From Vitrella brassicaformis CCMP3155 (taxonomy: Eukaryota; Protista; Chromerida): 64,000 nucleotides of DNA. Shown here piece after piece: positions 63,566 through 64,000 of the stretch. Within the stretch, counting starts at the first letter, position 1, and each line of letters opens with the position of its first letter. Position numbers and translations under genes: made by a program. A model generated the notes under the pieces. The model was not told where the DNA came from, searched no databases, and saw nothing but the letters and a program-made list of their open reading frames with translations. The DNA is taken from the NCBI GenBank assembly GCA_001179505.1, contig CDMY01000117.1:124682-188681 (forward strand). Reading direction: 5' to 3'.

Positions 63566-64000
63566 GGAGGGAGAGAGAGAGAGAGAGACGTGTGCGTGGT
63601 GAATGTGTGTGTGGTGTGTCGACTTCATTCCGTACTGACCCCGCGTAGTGCTCGGCCATCTTTTCAGAAATGAACTCCTCGCCGTTGCGCTCGATCTCGT
63701 GCTCTTGGCCCTCGCCCTCGCCCATCTCAATCATGTGCTCGTGGAGAGTAATGGTCGCCATGCAGGCGATGAAGAAGCAGTACAACACCCACCACTCTGC
63801 GCGATAAAACGGCTGTAGTGCATTCTGAAGACACAGACAGAGAGAGACCCCATCCATCTATCCATCTATCCATCCAATTGAGCCTACTTCGAGCATGACC
63901 AGGAGCTTTCCCTGGTTGCGGACGTTGCTCCAGTCCTCCCCATCGCCTCGGGTGATGGCCAGACACATGTACCACCGCACCAGCATCTTGTGGAGCAGGG
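61139..64000 (-). CDS. Paralogue (copy 2) of the multi-TM PAS-PAC-PAS protein; 5' end lies beyond the window
   Basis: Exons and introns align collinearly with 55035-57900 at an offset of about 6.1 kb. Ends ...NLFRWLAS*. Confidence 0.8.

Larger units (their letters stand above)
53900..64000. repeat. Tandem segmental duplication with a period of about 6.0-6.1 kb (about 53900-57900 vs 59940-64000), covering the PAS gene and its 3' flank
   Basis: Shared flank ggaggcaaaaccagct(g/c)aacagaggacacgtacatac at about 53931 and about 59950, plus near-identical introns and exons. The flanks are more diverged and carry indels. Confidence 0.9.

Noticed and set aside
1-64000. Many ORF-track entries rich in CVCVCV, HTHTHT, LSVCLSV or WMDGWM
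   Set aside because: These are translations of intronic (TG)/(CA), (TCTG) and (GGAT) microsatellites, not proteins.
53900-64000. Tandem duplication as two alleles mis-assembled side by side
   Set aside because: The flanks carry many indels and the coding loops differ in length, and there is no gap at the junction, so real paralogy is more likely. Long reads are still needed to exclude it fully.

Overview
Gene-dense, GC-rich eukaryotic DNA. It has many short (~60-170 nt) spliceosomal introns full of (CA)/(TG), (GA)/(TC), (GACA)/(TGTC) and (GGAT) microsatellites, and eight placeholder gaps of exactly 300 N. This style and the gene families suggest a chromerid alveolate such as Vitrella brassicaformis (inference). 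I reconstructed about 19 spliced genes by hand: a double-MYND protein, two members of a lineage-specific family, a TMEM184/OST-alpha transporter, a secreted GH1 beta-glucosidase, a divergent SMC ATPase, an LRR/Dpy-30 protein, a PPR-like/Smr protein, a small 9-residue-repeat protein, ATP23, a MATH-USP7-type deubiquitinase whose C-terminus is LRRs, a PTS1-bearing enoyl-CoA isomerase, NUDT1/MTH1, a putative GPI-anchored Cys-repeat protein, an adenosine deaminase with a frameshift, SDA1, a BTB-TLDc protein, and a tandem pair of multi-TM PAS-PAC-PAS proteins with no output domain. The most unusual signals are that tandem PAS-sensor pair, a ~470-bp fold-back palindrome at the junction between the two copies, the USP-LRR fusion, the Asn-ladder 9-mer repeat protein, the PPR-Smr protein, and complementary microsatellite arms inside introns. 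Exon boundaries were read by eye and no database searches were run.
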